A stretch of 64,000 nucleotides of DNA. Origin: the human T2T-CHM13v2.0 reference genome, Homo sapiens. Under the pieces are notes generated by a model that worked only from the letters and a program-made list of their open reading frames with translations, was not told the origin of the DNA and ran no database searches. Position 1 is the stretch's first letter, and every line of letters starts with the position of its first letter. Position numbers and translations under genes: made by a program. This document shows, piece after piece, positions 1 to 15,451 of this stretch. Location of the stretch: assembly GCF_009914755.1 (NCBI RefSeq), contig NC_060942.1; one strand, written 5' to 3'.

Positions 1-314
1 TTTCTTCAAAGGGACAAATGGTAAATATTTTAGGCCTTGGGGCCCTTATGGTCTTTGTTGCAACTGTTTAACCCTGCCAATATAGTCCAAAACAACCACA
101 GACAACTCATAAACAAATAAGTATAGCTGTCCATATTCCAATAAAACTTTTGATGGACACTGAAATTTGAGTTTCATATAATTTCCATGGGTCATGAAAT
201 ATTATACTACTCTTGATTTTTCCCATTTAAAATATGCAAAAACCATTCTTAGCTCATGGGCCATATGAAAACAGGGCCGGAGTTGGCCCATAGGTCATAT
301 TTTGTCAACCCTTG
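1..314. mobile_element. MER58B-like hAT-Charlie DNA transposon (cut by the window start)
   Basis: Motifs 'gtaaatattttaggc', 'tccaataaaacttt' and 'aaaaccattcttagctc', and terminal 'tttgtcaaccct', match the MER58 consensus as recalled. Confidence 0.7.
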
Positions 315-473
315 GTCTAAATGATTGCAATAGAATAGTTGGCTGATTCATAGAATATTTTCACTAATTGATTTATTCTTAATTTTTAAGATATTTTAGA
401 GTCCCAATAGGATGTTGATGCAGATAATTTTAAGCTTACGTAATTTTGGCTGTTTACACTGTAAGTCATTCTA

Positions 474-935
474 ACAGTTAATTTTATGTGCCAACTTGGC
501 TAGGCCACAGTACCCAGATATTTGGTCAAACACTAGTCTAGATATTCCTGAGAAGCTATTTTTTAGATGAGATTAACATTTGTATCAGCAGACTTTGAGT
601 AAAGTAGATTACCTTCCATTATATGGGTGGGTCTCATCCTATCAGTTGAAGACCTTAATAGGAAAAAGACTGACCTCCCCTCAAACAGAGAAAATTCCAT
701 CAGCAGACTGTCTTTGGACCCAAGCTACAACATCAAGTCTTCCCTGGATCTCCAGCCTACCAGACTACCCTGCAGATTGTGGATTTGTCAGCCTGTACAG
801 TTGTGTGAGATAGTTCTTTAAAATCAGTATTTTTCTGTGTCTCTCTGTCTCCATCTCTCTCTCTCTGCATTTCCCACCTCGTCCTCTCATTACATACGCT
901 ATTGTTCGTTTCTCTGGAGAATCACGACTAACATA
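474..935 (+). mobile_element. MLT2-family (ERVL) solo LTR
   Basis: Start 'gttaattttatgtgccaacttggctaggccacagtacccagatatttggtcaaacac' and end 'tctctggagaatcacgactaac' are typical of MLT2. Confidence 0.75.
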
Positions 936-988
936 TTCTACCTGTTGTGATCTTTAAGGACTATTTTTGTTTTAAACAAAAGTCCTTC

Positions 989-1181
989 CAGGGTCTCATT
1001 CTGTAACCCAGGCTAGAGGGCAGTGGTGCAGTCACCATGCCCATCTAAATTTTTTCATATTTGTAGAGATAGGGTGTCACTATGTTGCCCAAGCTGGTCT
1101 TGAACCCCTGGCCTCCAGTGATTCTCCCACCTCAGCCTCCCAAAGTGCTGGAATTACAGGCCTGAGCTGCTGTACCCAGCC
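989..1181 (-). mobile_element. AluJ-like, internally deleted
   Basis: Reverse Alu with left arm 'cctcccaaagtgctggaattacagg'; most of the right arm is missing. Confidence 0.85.
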
Positions 1182-2536
1182 TTTCAGGACGATTTTTTGG
1201 ATGGCAGCATGATTATTCTCTTAGTACAGAAATTTTTACTTCAGTTATTGATTATATTCCTGCTCAAATCCCTTTATTGAAGTTTGAAATCCAGGTCAAT
1301 AAATTTATTGAATTTCGTGTCTTCAATATTTTTATAAGTTTAAACCAATAGTGCAGCTTTATTATACTCACAGGAAAACTCAAAACGGTTTTGAATCAGT
1401 ATGACCAATGCAATTCTTTTAGCTCATTAGTAAGCAACTGACACTTCTTTGTTGGCAGTACATCCTAGTCTTCTACTGCATTTTGAAATCAACACATTCT
1501 TTAATATACCAGATTTAAATATGTTACAGCTGAAGTCTGTCAACTTAAGCTCACTAATGTTCAGCAAACTAAAGTAATAGGCTTTGTTGCTTCTTTTAGT
1601 CTAATTTTGCTTTTCTTAAAATATGTTCTGTTGGCACTTAGCCTCTTTGTCCCATAAGCTGGTCCTTTAAAAATGAGTTTTACAGAAAAATAAGTTTTGC
1701 AAGCACTGAATGCTACAGGCCACTCCTGAAGATTTGTAATACATGTGGCATATTATAGATTTGAAAAGTTAGGTAGCAAAAGAACCTGTTTAAATTTATT
1801 GAATCTAATGTTTCCCAAATGTATTTGACCACATAATTTTTCTTTTTTTCCCCCCCCAACAACATCTACTGGAACACATTTTGGAAAATGCTAGTCTCAT
1901 AACTTTCTGTCCTCCTTAAGGGTCATAAAAGGCTAGAAACAATATGGCCTTAAGGACATGTAACAAATAAAGAAAAGCACAAATTACATTATGAAAGCAA
2001 ATAAACAGTCAAGATTCTAATAATTTCTGATAAAGAATCAGAGTCAGCTAAATAAACTATCCTTTGTTATTATTCTCCTTGTTTATATTTAGGTATAATG
2101 TCTCCTGTATAAATCATTACCAGCGGCGGCTAAGAGAACAGCATCTTCCTTTGTAAGGCTAACCAGTTTTATATTTAATTCCAAGTCTATAAAACGGGAA
2201 TGTGACATTTCTCCCTTTGGCCTGTTTTAGAAATAATGATAAATGAATTGGGCTACCTGCGTGAGAAGGGAGTAAATCCACATCTTCCAAGAAGGAAATA
2301 AAGTCAGTTGCTGAGTTTTGGCCTTTGACTGCTCCTTCTGATCCATCTGCCTATCTCGGGTTGCTCTCAGCTGCAGAGATCAGGCACGTGGCTTGTGAGA
2401 TAGGCCTGATGATGCTCCACACACCTTCACTGGGGTTTCTCTGAGCCCACCCCTGGGTGGTGAAAGGGAGCCCTGGGCGATTAGTGAGGGAAGGCTCTCC
2501 CGTATGGTACCCCACCATCTGCTCCTGCAGACTCCT

Positions 2537-2879
2537 TGATATGGTTTGGCTGTGTCCAAATCTCATCTTGAATTCCCACGTGTTGTGGGAGGGACCTGGT
2601 GGGAGGTAATTTAATCATGGCGGGGGGGAGGTCTTTCTTGTGCTGTTCTCATGATAGTGAATAAGTCTCAACGACATCCGGTGGTTTTATAAAGGGGAGT
2701 TTAACTGCACAAGCTCTCTTCTCTTGTCTGCTGCCATGTGAGACGCGCCTTTCACCTTCCGCCATGATTGTGAGGCCTCCCCAGCCACGTGGAATTGTAA
2801 GTCCATTAAACCTCTTTCTTTTGTAAATTGCCCAGTCTGGGGTATATCTTTATTAGCAGCATGAAAACGGACTAATACA
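2537..2879 (+). mobile_element. THE1A/B solo LTR (ERVL-MaLR)
   Basis: TG...CA termini 'tgatatggtttggctgtgtcc' and 'gcagcatgaaaacggactaataca'; about 345 bp. Confidence 0.9.
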
Positions 2880-3021
2880 CCCCCTATTTATGGGAGTGGG
2901 AATGGGAGCACATGAGAGTTCCCAGGGATAGGACAGTGGCCCCAGCAGCCCCAGCTGCTTAGCTCCACATTTCCCAGTAAAAGCACAGGGCCAAGACCCG
3001 GCCAATGGCCAAGAAAGCCCC

Positions 3022-3203
3022 AGCTGAGTAGTTTGCAGCCTTGCTGCTTATTTGAATCACTGGGGGACCTTTTAAAATACCCGGATGCCTGAAGCCTCGC
3101 TCCCTGCAGTTCTCATTTAATTGTCCCGTGGTTGGTACTGGACCTCTGGAGTTGCTGAGAATTCCCAGGTGATGCCAATGTGCCGCCAGGGTTAGGAACT
3201 TCA
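3022..3203. mobile_element. MER5A-like DNA transposon
   Basis: 'gaatcactggggg', 'ttcccaggtgatgccaatgtgccgccagggttaggaac'. Confidence 0.65.
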
Positions 3204-3296
3204 GTTTCATAAAAAAAGCACTTTGATATGCTCAATGCATATTATTTCCTGTTGATTTATTGATATCTTCATGATCTGAAAGAAGAAAGGCTACTA

Positions 3297-3581
<285 letters not shown>

Positions 3582-3856
3582 AACGAAGGCCACAGATCAA
3601 ACAAGAAATGGTGCGTGGTGCATTTTATGTGGCTGAAATCAAATCAGTGGGGCAGGAAGAGGGAAGAACTGCTAGTTTGCTCTGGGTTTTGTTCGTTAGG
3701 GAAAAGTCAGCTGAAAGCAGCCCAACAAGTACAGCCCATTTATTCCTAAAATGTCTCCACTCTTGGGCCAGGGCGACCCAGAGTCCGTGGCTCTCAGACT
3801 GTAATTACTGATGAGGATTTTGGGGATGCTGCCTCTTCCTGAATTCCTGCCTATCA

Positions 3857-4524
<668 letters not shown>

Positions 4525-4576
4525 TTAGGAGCCTTGCTTAGCCATACTATTATTTTCTACTTCATTGGAATTTTAA

Positions 4577-4810
<234 letters not shown>

Positions 4811-5419
4811 TAGATTCTAGTCCTAGCTTTGAGTTTTATTAGTTGTATCCTTACCTTTTCTAATCTGTATCATGAGGATGTTAACATCTAGACTGTAAGT
4901 CACGGGACTATTGTGGGGATAGGGATGTGAAAATAAGTAAGTTCTAACATGCTATGTAAATGTAAGCATCTTCATTTCTTTAACGGGGGAAAAAATCAGT
5001 CAAAATACGCTTTTGTCAATAGCATATGCCCTGAAGAAATTCAATGATTCTCTGGAGTTAATCCTCAGAGACTATTAACACCCACACAGTGTTCCCCCAT
5101 TTGAGATCCAGATGGTATCCCTGACCCCAGAGCCTGTTGCTTAGTGATCGCTCATGGGACCACACTTAAAATCATAGCCTCCCAGCCACTCTGACAAGGC
5201 AAGTCCAATCTTTTTCTCAAGAGAATGAAGAGTTCAGTCCCAAAGATACTTGGAATCTACTGTACAAGGAAACACAAACTCAGGTCCACAGAGTGCAACG
5301 TACTTGTTGAAAACAAACTAGGCTTCCAACCAATTCACACCGAGTGCTGAGAAGGAAAGGGAAGGAAGCTATATGAAGAGAGGGACCCTTGGTGTGATCC
5401 TGCCCCAGTTTTCATTCTA

Positions 5420-5758
<339 letters not shown>

Positions 5759-5869
5759 TTAGGTGATTGCTCTCAGGGACCACAATGTGATGGCACCTAA
5801 AATCCACCAGCTGACAGCCTGTCCTATTTCTCTAGGTTGCTCCTGTCCCTCTCACTATTGATTTACTTA

Positions 5870-6503
5870 TTTATTTTTTGTCATCTTATTTGTTTGTAAT
5901 TTGTATATATTTAGGGGTATAGGTGCAAGTTTCAAACACACATGTTACATAGTGGTGAGGTCTGGGCATTTTGTGTCCCTATCACCCAAACAGTGAATGC
6001 TGTATCCAATAGGTAGTTTTTCAACCCTAACGCCCTTCTCACCTTCCTACCTGTTGTAGTCTCCAATGTCTCATTCCACTCTATATGTCCATGTGTACCC
6101 TTTGTTTAGCTCCTACTTATAAGTGAGAACATGTGGTATTTGGTTTTCTGTTTCTGAGTTATTTCACTTAGGATAATCGCTTCCACCTCCATCCATGTTG
6201 CTGCAAAAGACATGATTTCATTCTTTTTTCTGGATGAATGCTGTTCCATTTTGTTTATATACCACGTGTTCTTTATCCAGTCCTCCACTGATGGACATTT
6301 AGGTTGATTCCATATCTTTGCTAGTGTGAATAGTGCTGTGATAAACATACGCGTGCAGGTATCTTTTGGATACAATGATTTCTTTCCCTTTGGGCATATA
6401 CCCAGTAGTGGGATTGCTGGGTCAAATGGTAGTTTTATTTTTAGTTATTTGAGAAAGCTCCATGCTGTTTTTCATAAAGTTGTACTAATTTACATTCTTA
6501 TTT
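5870..6503 (-). mobile_element. L1PB-like 3' fragment (ORF2 end and 3' UTR)
   Basis: Minus-strand ORF 6106-6375 translates to the L1 ORF2 C-terminus ([25 protein letters not shown]). Confidence 0.9.
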
Positions 6504-7357
6504 ATTGCTGTTTACACCTTGCTGGCCTTCCATGGCTGCCTTGGCCTTTCTTGAACATGCGTCCTGCTTGGCATGCAGCCCACATACTGACGATGCTCCC
6601 CACCAGGTCCTCAGCATCCTCCCGAGTCCTGGGTCACAGGCACTCCCTCCACCAGCTCTCACCCGGGCCAGCCTCCAACCTCCTCCTCACCCAGGGAAGG
6701 GAAATTCAGATAATATTGAGCTTTAGAGAAGAGTTCTTAGAAGGAAATACAACTGCAAATCCTCAACAACATTTTGGAAAAGCCTCTAACACTATCTTCC
6801 TCTTACATCAGTCTGATTATATTGATTCACCTCCAAGAAAGATGGGGATTCAAGTGGTGCATCCTTTTATTGGAGGAGAGTCAGGAGCTGGATGTTTGTC
6901 TTGGCTCAAGGTTGGAAAAAGTTCCTTGTCCTCTCTGGGGGACAGAGTCCTTGTCAGTAAATAAGGAGATAAGATTGGGAGATCGTGGAGGTCCCTTCAA
7001 GCCCTGACCTTCTAATGCTTTTAAGGTTTCTATGATTCTATGTGCAGTTCTGTCCAACTTCTCTCATCATAAACGCCAAGGGGGAGTTAACTAAAGTGTG
7101 GGTCATCCCCAGTAAATCTTTAAGAGAATACTTTAAAAAGTTTTTAGGCCAGATGATATTGTCATGGTGTTTCTTTTAAAATTTCAAACAACAGCCAATT
7201 CCAGTGTAATATATATTGTTCCAGAAAATAGAAAAGGATGGAAATTTGTGAAACTACATATTCTCTGAAAATATCTGGTAAAGCATCAAAATGATAAAAT
7301 TATACAAATAGAAACATTCGTGCAAAGCTGTAAATTAAAATCAAGAGTACATTAAGA

Positions 7358-7597
7358 GACCTAGAATAAACAAATTCATAGAGACATAGAATAGTGGCTT
7401 CCTGGGCCTGAGTGGAGGGAAAAATGGGGACGGGGAGCTTATTGTTTAATGGGTATAGAGCTTCTGTTTGGAATAATGAAAAGTTCTGGAAATGGATACT
7501 GGTGGTGGTTATACAACATTGTGAAAATATTTAGTGCCACTGAATTATGCAATAAAAATGGTTAAAATGATATATTTTATATTTTGCCACAAAAATT
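7358..7597 (+). mobile_element. L1MB-like 3' UTR fragment
   Basis: 'caaattcatagagaca', 'tgaaaagttctggaaatggat', 'gccactgaatt', 'aatggttaaaatg'. Confidence 0.8.
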
Positions 7598-7625
7598 ACC
7601 AATAACTAGAGACAGGCAGAAAAAA

Positions 7626-7627
<2 letters not shown>

Positions 7628-7668
<41 letters not shown>
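7628..7668 (+). repeat. (AC)~20 microsatellite
   Basis: Seen directly. Confidence 0.98.
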
Positions 7669-7671
<3 letters not shown>

Positions 7672-7820
7672 GTGCCAGTGCCGATTTCCTGATTTGGATG
7701 TGCTGTAGTTACATCAGATGTGACCACGGTGGGAAACTGGGTGAAGAGAACTTGGGACCTCTTTGTACTATCTTTGCAACTTCCTGTGCATCCAAAATGC
7801 TTTCAAAATAAATTTAAAAG
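7669..7820 (+). mobile_element. L1MC-like 3' end fragment
   Basis: 'ggtgggaaactgggtgaag', 'ctctttgtactatctttgcaacttcctgtg'. Confidence 0.7.
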
Positions 7821-8427
7821 AGCGCATTAAAAGCATAAGCCAAAATAACCAAGAAATATTTACCTGCAAATACAAGAAGGACTGACAATTGAAAATCTAC
7901 CAATATTTCACACCTATAGCTGAAATAAGATAAAGCATATGATTTTTTTTAGAGGCTTAAAATTCTTCCATTAATTCCATTAGACTTCCCTGTAACAGAT
8001 TGTTTTCCTTAACATCATCAAAAAGATCCTTCTCAACAACAAAGAGCCTTAACATTCAAATACTGTAGGCGTTTTTAATAAAATCAGGAGTAATACAGGA
8101 TGTTCAGTATTGTTACTTGTTCTGGAAGTTTGGGCATTCTATGGCCAGTGATTACAACTGTGAAAATAGAGATGGAGGAAAAATGCATGAAAATGTGGGG
8201 ACAGAGTGAGAGGCTACTTTTGAATGGACCATCATCTACTATGGCTTTGGATTTATCTTTTAACTTTTCAGTCTTGTTTATGTCTTATAAAAGATGTTAA
8301 CATTAGAGAATTAATTGGACTAAATCACTTTATTACTTTTACTACTGCTTTTCTGTTTCTTAGCATTGAACAGTTTCCTTCATATTCCTTCCTTATTTGG
8401 TCCTTGAAAAAAATTTATTTTTTTTGC

Positions 8428-8894
<467 letters not shown>

Positions 8895-10204
8895 CTATGG
8901 AAGACCAAAATATAAAACAGATAAAACTAGAGTTGCTGTGATTGAAACAGGGGTAGAGCACCCAAATCCTGGTCTATCCTGATCCTTCCCTCCCCCAGCC
9001 AGCTCTGCGTGAAACAGGCTGCTAAGACAAACTCAGGGAACCAGTGGATGGGGAGGCCCTGCTCTCGCGTTCCGGGTAGTGCTAATATGTTATGGCTGTT
9101 GGAAGCATACCAGGTGAGGTGATTCATGGGATTTGGTATAGAAGCCTATTTAAAGACAAAGACAAAGAACTAAGTCTGGTCTGTATTGGACTACTTGCTT
9201 CAGGACCTGGAAGCACTCTCATTTCTGCCTCTCATCTAATCAACTGACCCTGAGTGAGGGCCCTCTCCTCTTTCAGCCTCTGTTTCTTATCTGCAATGTG
9301 AGAAGGTTCATTTACTTAACATTCATTCAGCAAAAATCATGTTATTGTATCCTTGTTACTTGGTCACTTTTGCCAGTGGATGTTGACGTCAGAATAGACC
9401 ACCAAACTCCATCCAGCGGGTCACCACAGTCAGCTATTGGGAGCAGAGGTCAAGCCAACTCATACTGCAAATCTCAGCCTTGGCTACATGTAGAATCGCT
9501 GGAAGGAACTTTTAAGATAGCCAGATGCCCAGGCCCCACTCAGTCCAATTAAATCAGAACTTTATGCATGACATCCGGGAAGTACTGTTTTTAGAAGCGT
9601 CCCTCATGATGCTAATGAGCAGCCAAGATGAAAAACCATTGTCTCAGCAGAATCATAGAGTATGTTTTGAGTGATTTCAGTCAAAATGAGACAGTCTACA
9701 GGGGCCCTATGATCTTTTCATCATCTTAATGACTAACTAGTAACATTTGCCATTAATTATTTTCAGATTAAACTTGTCTCTATTTTGATTTATGACACAG
9801 ACTCCTAAGCTTTTAACAAAATGCCCATATGCCTATGCAGATTTAACGCTTGTTCTGGAGAAAAATGTAGACCCTGTCAAGAAATTCATCATCATTAGTG
9901 AGTTATATTTTTCTGATTCCTTCAATAGAGGTCACACCATATAGGCAATGATTCCCAACTCTGACAATGGCAATGCCTCCCATTTTTAAGTGATTAACTG
10001 TTTTCTCTCTCGAGGTTACATATACCATACTTGAATGTAGTACATACAGCGTATGTGTGACTTTGCCTAGTAACTCCATGGCACTATCTTACTACATTCA
10101 GCTGTCAGGATTTATTGGATCATGAGCTGGGATGATCCATTTCTATGGTGGGGAGGCTAGTTCTAGCCTGTTTGCAGTCTGTGGGTGTTAAAGAGGAAGG
10201 CAGT

Positions 10205-10654
10205 CCTCTCTCCGGTCCGTGCCTCTAAGATGACAAAGAAAAGAGGGAACAATGGTCGTGCTAAAAAGGGCCGTGGCCACATGCAGCCTATTCGCTGCAG
10301 GAACTGTGCCCGATGCATACCCAAGGACAAGGCCATTAAGAAATTCATCATTCACAACATAGTGGAGGCCGCAGCAGTCAGGGACATTTCTGAAGCAAGC
10401 GTCTTCGATGCCTATGTGCTTCCCAAGCTGTATGTGAAGCTACATTACTTTTTGAGTTGTGCAGTTCACAGCAAAGTAGTCAGGAATCAATCTTGTGTAG
10501 CCCGCAAGGACCAAACACCCCCACCCCGATTGAGACCTGCGGGTGCTGCTCTACAACCCCCACCAAAGCCCATGTAAGGAGCTGAGTCCTTAAAGACTGA
10601 AGACGGACTATTCTCTGGAGAAAAATAAAATGGAAATTGTACTTAAAAAAAAAA
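10205..10654 (+). pseudogene. RPS26P: Processed pseudogene of ribosomal protein S26 (eS26); ORF 10230-10577 (115 aa) is uninterrupted
   Basis: Intronless full [20 protein letters not shown]...PPPKPM; pyrimidine-rich 5' UTR remnant; 3' UTR with AATAAA at 10624-10629; poly(A) 10645-10657; 15-bp TSD aaagaggaaggcagt (10190-10204) / aaagaggaagacagt (10655-10669) at a TT|AAAG L1 endonuclease site. Confidence 0.97.
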
Positions 10655-10834
10655 AAAGAGGAAGACAGTTCTTAGCGAAGTGCTATAAATCTCTTAGACC
10701 TTTGAGGGTAATTTATAGTTTTTGGAGCAACCCCACCTCTAGCTTAGCTTTCTACTCAACATTATCTCATTGTTCCAATTTCATGTAGGCTGAGATTCGA
10801 ATGTTGGAGATCAGAATAAGTTGCATACATTTCT

Positions 10835-11170
10835 AAAAAGCGGAGGATTGCGCTCGGAGGAGTTTTAGGGCAGCAAAGCTATTCTGGATGATGCTGTAAT
10901 GATGGATAGGTATCATACCCATAGATTGTCCAAACCCATACATTATCCAGCACCAAGAGTGAACCCTAATGGAAACAGTGGATTCTGGGTGATAATGATG
11001 TGTTAATGTGGGTTTGTCAATTGTAATAAATGTACCACTCTGGTGGGGAATTGACAACGTGGGAGGCTGTGCATGTGTTGGGGCAGGGGGAATATGGGAA
11101 CTCTCTGTACTTTCTGCTCAATCTTGCTGTGAATTTAAAATTGATTCAAAAAAGGAGTCTATTTAAAAAC
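10835..11170 (+). mobile_element. L1MC/L1MD-like 3' UTR fragment
   Basis: 'caccaagagtgaaccctaatg', 'aaatgtaccactctggtgggga', 'tatgggaactctctgtactttctgctcaat'. Confidence 0.8.
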
Positions 11171-11345
11171 TAAAAGAGAAGAATTTGGAGTTTTGCTTAA
11201 ATTTTTTTAATCCTAGAAATTGAGGAGCAGCAAAACAAAACAAAACCCTAGGAAACAGTCAAATCTCCTCTACAAATCACTCTCTTAGTGATCCTGGGTC
11301 CACCATCCTTTGCTCTTCCTACATGGTCTCCTTACTGTTTCCTCC

Positions 11346-11559
11346 TGATATAGTTTGGATGTGTGTCCCTGCCCAAATCTCATGTTGAGTTGTAATAACC
11401 AGTATTGAAGGTGGGGCCTGGTGAGAGTGATTACATCATGGGGGTGGATTTCTCATGAATGGGTGAGCACCATCCCCATGCAGAACTATGAGCCAATTAA
11501 ACCTCTCTTCTTATAAATTACCCACCCTCACGTATTTCTCTATAGCATGACCTAATACA
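11346..11559 (+). mobile_element. MSTB-like solo LTR with internal deletion
   Basis: Termini 'tgatatagtttggatgtgtgtccc' and 'cctaataca'; 5-bp TSD cctcc/ccttc; only about 215 bp long. Confidence 0.85.
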
Positions 11560-11834
11560 CCTTCTTACTGATGACTTGCATATATCCTTATCTAACCCAG
11601 AATTATCATTTAAATTTTAAGCTCTTCTATCCAAAAAATCCAAAAAGTCTCTATCTGAATGTCCCTAAAGAACTTCAACATCAATTTGCGCCAAATGGAA
11701 ATCATTATCTCCCCATCCCAACTCCTCCTTTTGTATTCCAGCCTTTACGTAAAAGAGTTATGACCTGTATGGATGAGAACTCTAGTCAGCCTTCTAAATT
11801 TTCATGCTAAAATAACAACAGTCCACACTTCTCA

Positions 11835-12355
11835 TTAAAAATAGTGGACTGAATGCCTGTAGGTGTCTGTGTTCCTTCTAAAAGCACAACAAAATTTTAT
11901 TACAATAAAAGGTTTAAAAAGCAGCATAGACTCACAGGGGAAAAAAAAGACTGTGGGGAGAGGACAGCTACACAATTTTGGAAGGTGGGAAGCACAGGGA
12001 TAAATAGAAACTGACTCGGCAAACCAGAGACAACCAGAATCCATGTTGGCAATGGTGGGGAAAAAACCCAGAAACAAGCTGATTAACACTAATGAACCCC
12101 AGAAGAGCTCAGGAAGAGGAGGCACCAGGCACCTCTTAAAGAAGCAGTCAAATAAATACAATTTCAGACATATGAGGTTTCATAAACATAGCCTTCTGGA
12201 TCCTGTTTACTTGGTTGGAACGCATCTAGAGGATGTGCTCCACCAAAATAAAAGAATAAGCCAAAGCTGAGATGGCACAGGATTTAACACAAGAGGGAGG
12301 CACAGGGCATCCTGAGCTGTTGCTGAGGGAATATCCCAGGACCACAGCTGTGCTC
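11835..12355 (+). mobile_element. HAL1-like fragments
   Basis: 'gaggatgtgctccaccaaaata' and 'tcccaggaccacagctgtgc' resemble HAL1 and the copy at about 63.7 kb. Confidence 0.5.
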
Positions 12356-12544
12356 ATGGCTTGTTAGTTCTTTTAATTCTTGCACATATATGTTTCGAAA
12401 GGTTAAATTTGTTTAAGGTTATACAGCTAGTCCAGTGAGCTTTAGAGCTAGGAATCCAACCCAGCTGTGTCTGACCCAAGGCCATAATAAAGCATTTCTA
12501 TAATTATGGAATTCTGGGCCAAAGAATGCCTGATGTAAACTTTT

Positions 12545-12716
12545 AAAAATTAGCTGGGCATGGTGATGTGTGCCTGTGGCCCCAGCTACTCAGGATGGTA
12601 AGCCTGAGGATCTCTTGAGCCCAGGAAGTCAAGTTTGCAGTGAGCCATGATTGTACCACTGTACTCCAGTCTGAGCAACAGAGCAAGACTCTGTTTCAAA
12701 ACAAACAAAAACAAAG
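12545..12716 (+). mobile_element. Alu right arm (FRAM/AluJ) among MIR fragments
   Basis: 'aaaattagctgggcatggtg' to 'gcaacagagcaagactctg'; MIR-like 'gagaattaaatgagataa' follows. Confidence 0.8.
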
Positions 12717-12947
12717 AATGTCTAATGCAGATAATAATGGTTCCAAGTCATAAGCTTACAATGAGAATTAAATGAGATAATCACCCAAATCATTTACCCA
12801 GCATCTGGCACATAGAAATCTAATTACTGTCTTACTTCTAGTTAAAAATATGATCTATTATTATCATTACTGCCTCTATCAAATGTTCCATGAAGGATTA
12901 GCATTTCAACTGGACCTGGAAAGACAAGAAGGATTTTGGGTGGTTAG

Positions 12948-13297
12948 AGTCCTAGTCAGCTTGGGTGGCTATAACAAAATACCATAGACTTGGTGACTTA
13001 AACATTTATTTCTCATAGTTCATGAGGCCGGGATCAAGGTGCCAGCAGATTCGGTTCCTGGGGAGGGCTCTTTTCCTGGCTTGCAGAAGGCTGCCTACTC
13101 CCTGTGTCCTCACATGGCAGAGAGAAAAAGAGCTCTGGTATCTCTTCCTCTTTTTATGAAAGCACTAATCCCATCGTGGGGCTCCACCCTCATGACCTCG
13201 TTACCTAATTACCCCTTAAAGACCCCACCCTCCAATACCATCACCTTGGGTGTTAGTGCTTCAATATATGAATTGGGGTGGGGGTGGGGGACACAAA
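12948..13297 (-). mobile_element. MLT1A-like solo LTR
   Basis: 'gctataacaaaataccatagact', 'gatcaaggtgccagcagattcggtt', 'ctccaccctcatgacct', 'tccaataccatcaccttggg'. Confidence 0.85.
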
Positions 13298-14343
13298 GGG
13301 ACAATATTAAAGAGAAGACAATGAAGATGCACACTTCAGGCATTGGTCAAATAATCTCGTCATAAACTGACTGAAGTTCAGCACTTGCCAAAAGTTTGCA
13401 GAAACATTTGGGATTTAAAGGAAATATATTAGTCTCCATTTCTCTAGGTCCTGTAAGCCCCATCCATGGAGTAAATTAGATTGTCAGAAAGCAACAAACC
13501 TAAACTCTATTAATAACTCCCCACAGAATAACTTTCATAGAATTAAGATTAACGTTATGTCCTTAAATTTTGGAGGAGAGGAATAAAGCATCAATTTGAA
13601 GAATATTTTCATATCTTTTGCTAAAATCATAGTTGTAAACATTGTACACCATATATTGCCCATCCTTAGAGAGTCTGAAAAAGACTTTTTTCTACAGATA
13701 AACTTGTATGCTTGATTTTATAATGAAATGACAACTTCATAACCCAGTGCCAAGAGTGGATTTAGTGTTCAACGGCAGTAATTTAATTCATACCAAATGC
13801 TTCAAAACAGCTCTCTTCTTGTAAATATATTAAAATTTGTGTTTATTTAATTATCTTGTTTCATATGTACAAATATATCATGTGCTATCTTAGAACAGGT
13901 GTTTTAAACAAATAAAATTGAATATATTGTTGAATCTTGGCATAATGAAGTATCAGGAAGTAAAGCAAAGTCTGTTACCTGACAGCGGAAACAGGTCCTG
14001 GGACATCAATATAAAAATGGCATTCCTCGAATAAGGCGCTTTAAAACATTAGATCATTTGTTTACCGAGTTTTTAACAAAAATGTGAGAAACTGCAGCAG
14101 AAGTGCTCAGAAAAGAAGCAAATTTACCTATCAAGGGCACTGCATTCAATCCATGAGAAAAACCTTGTAAGAATTTAATTACCAGTTTCAACATGTTACC
14201 AACATTAGTCACATTAGCTAGGTTATACTGCAGTAACAAACAACCCCAACCTCTTAAAAGCTTAAAACATTAAAAGTTTATTTCTCATGTATGATACATA
14301 TCCAATGTGGGTGTGCAGGGCTTTCTACGCTACACTGTCCTCA

Positions 14344-14741
<398 letters not shown>

Positions 14742-15451
14742 AAAGTTTCCTGCCTGAAGTGGTACATGTCATTTTCATTTGTGCTTCATTGGTCAAAGCA
14801 AATCATATGGTCTGCCGAACATCAAGGGGGCCAGATAGTACATTCCTTTTATGCTTGGAAGCAGGAGAGCCAGGAATATTGGTGAACAGCACTCATGACT
14901 GTTAGAGTCTGTGCTTTTTGCTACTGAATATTCATTTCATTTTCCTTTCTGCCTGCAAAATACACTCACCCTTTCCTCCAAAAATAAAACCAGAAAATTT
15001 CATTCCGACATGACTTTTAGTTGTAAGCCCAAGATTTTGGGAGACACACAGACGTTTTTAAATCAAGAGAGGATATAGCACCTATTGATTCAGAGAGCTA
15101 TAAATGAGAAGTTGAATGTTCTTCCCCACTCCACAATGGTGTCCACAGTCACCCTTCAATGGTGTAACAGAAACAGGATAATTACAATAGGTAGCCCTAT
15201 TCAGAAATGAGGATAGTAAGAGACATACAGCAGGTGGTGGTCCACAGCAATTCTAAATCCCACTGGGCAGACATTGTAAGGGCTCCTATCAGGGGTAGGG
15301 AAAGTTCCTCGAATAGGGTCAGGTCCTGCTCCCTGGGAAAAGCTCTGTTATCCAGTCATCCTCCTGAAGCCTGGATCCAACTTCTGAACCATTCTTTTTT
15401 CATGATGATTCTCTGTGGCTGCATTTCTGTAGGGCCTACATTCTCTGTAGG

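Noticed and set aside
6326-6964. 212-aa ORF
   Set aside because: Its first part is antisense L1 and the rest has no recognisable homology; non-ATG start
10185-10229. 15-aa N-terminal extension of the RPS26-like ORF in the track (130 aa)
   Set aside because: It starts at GTG in flanking/TSD sequence; the real start is the ATG at 10230
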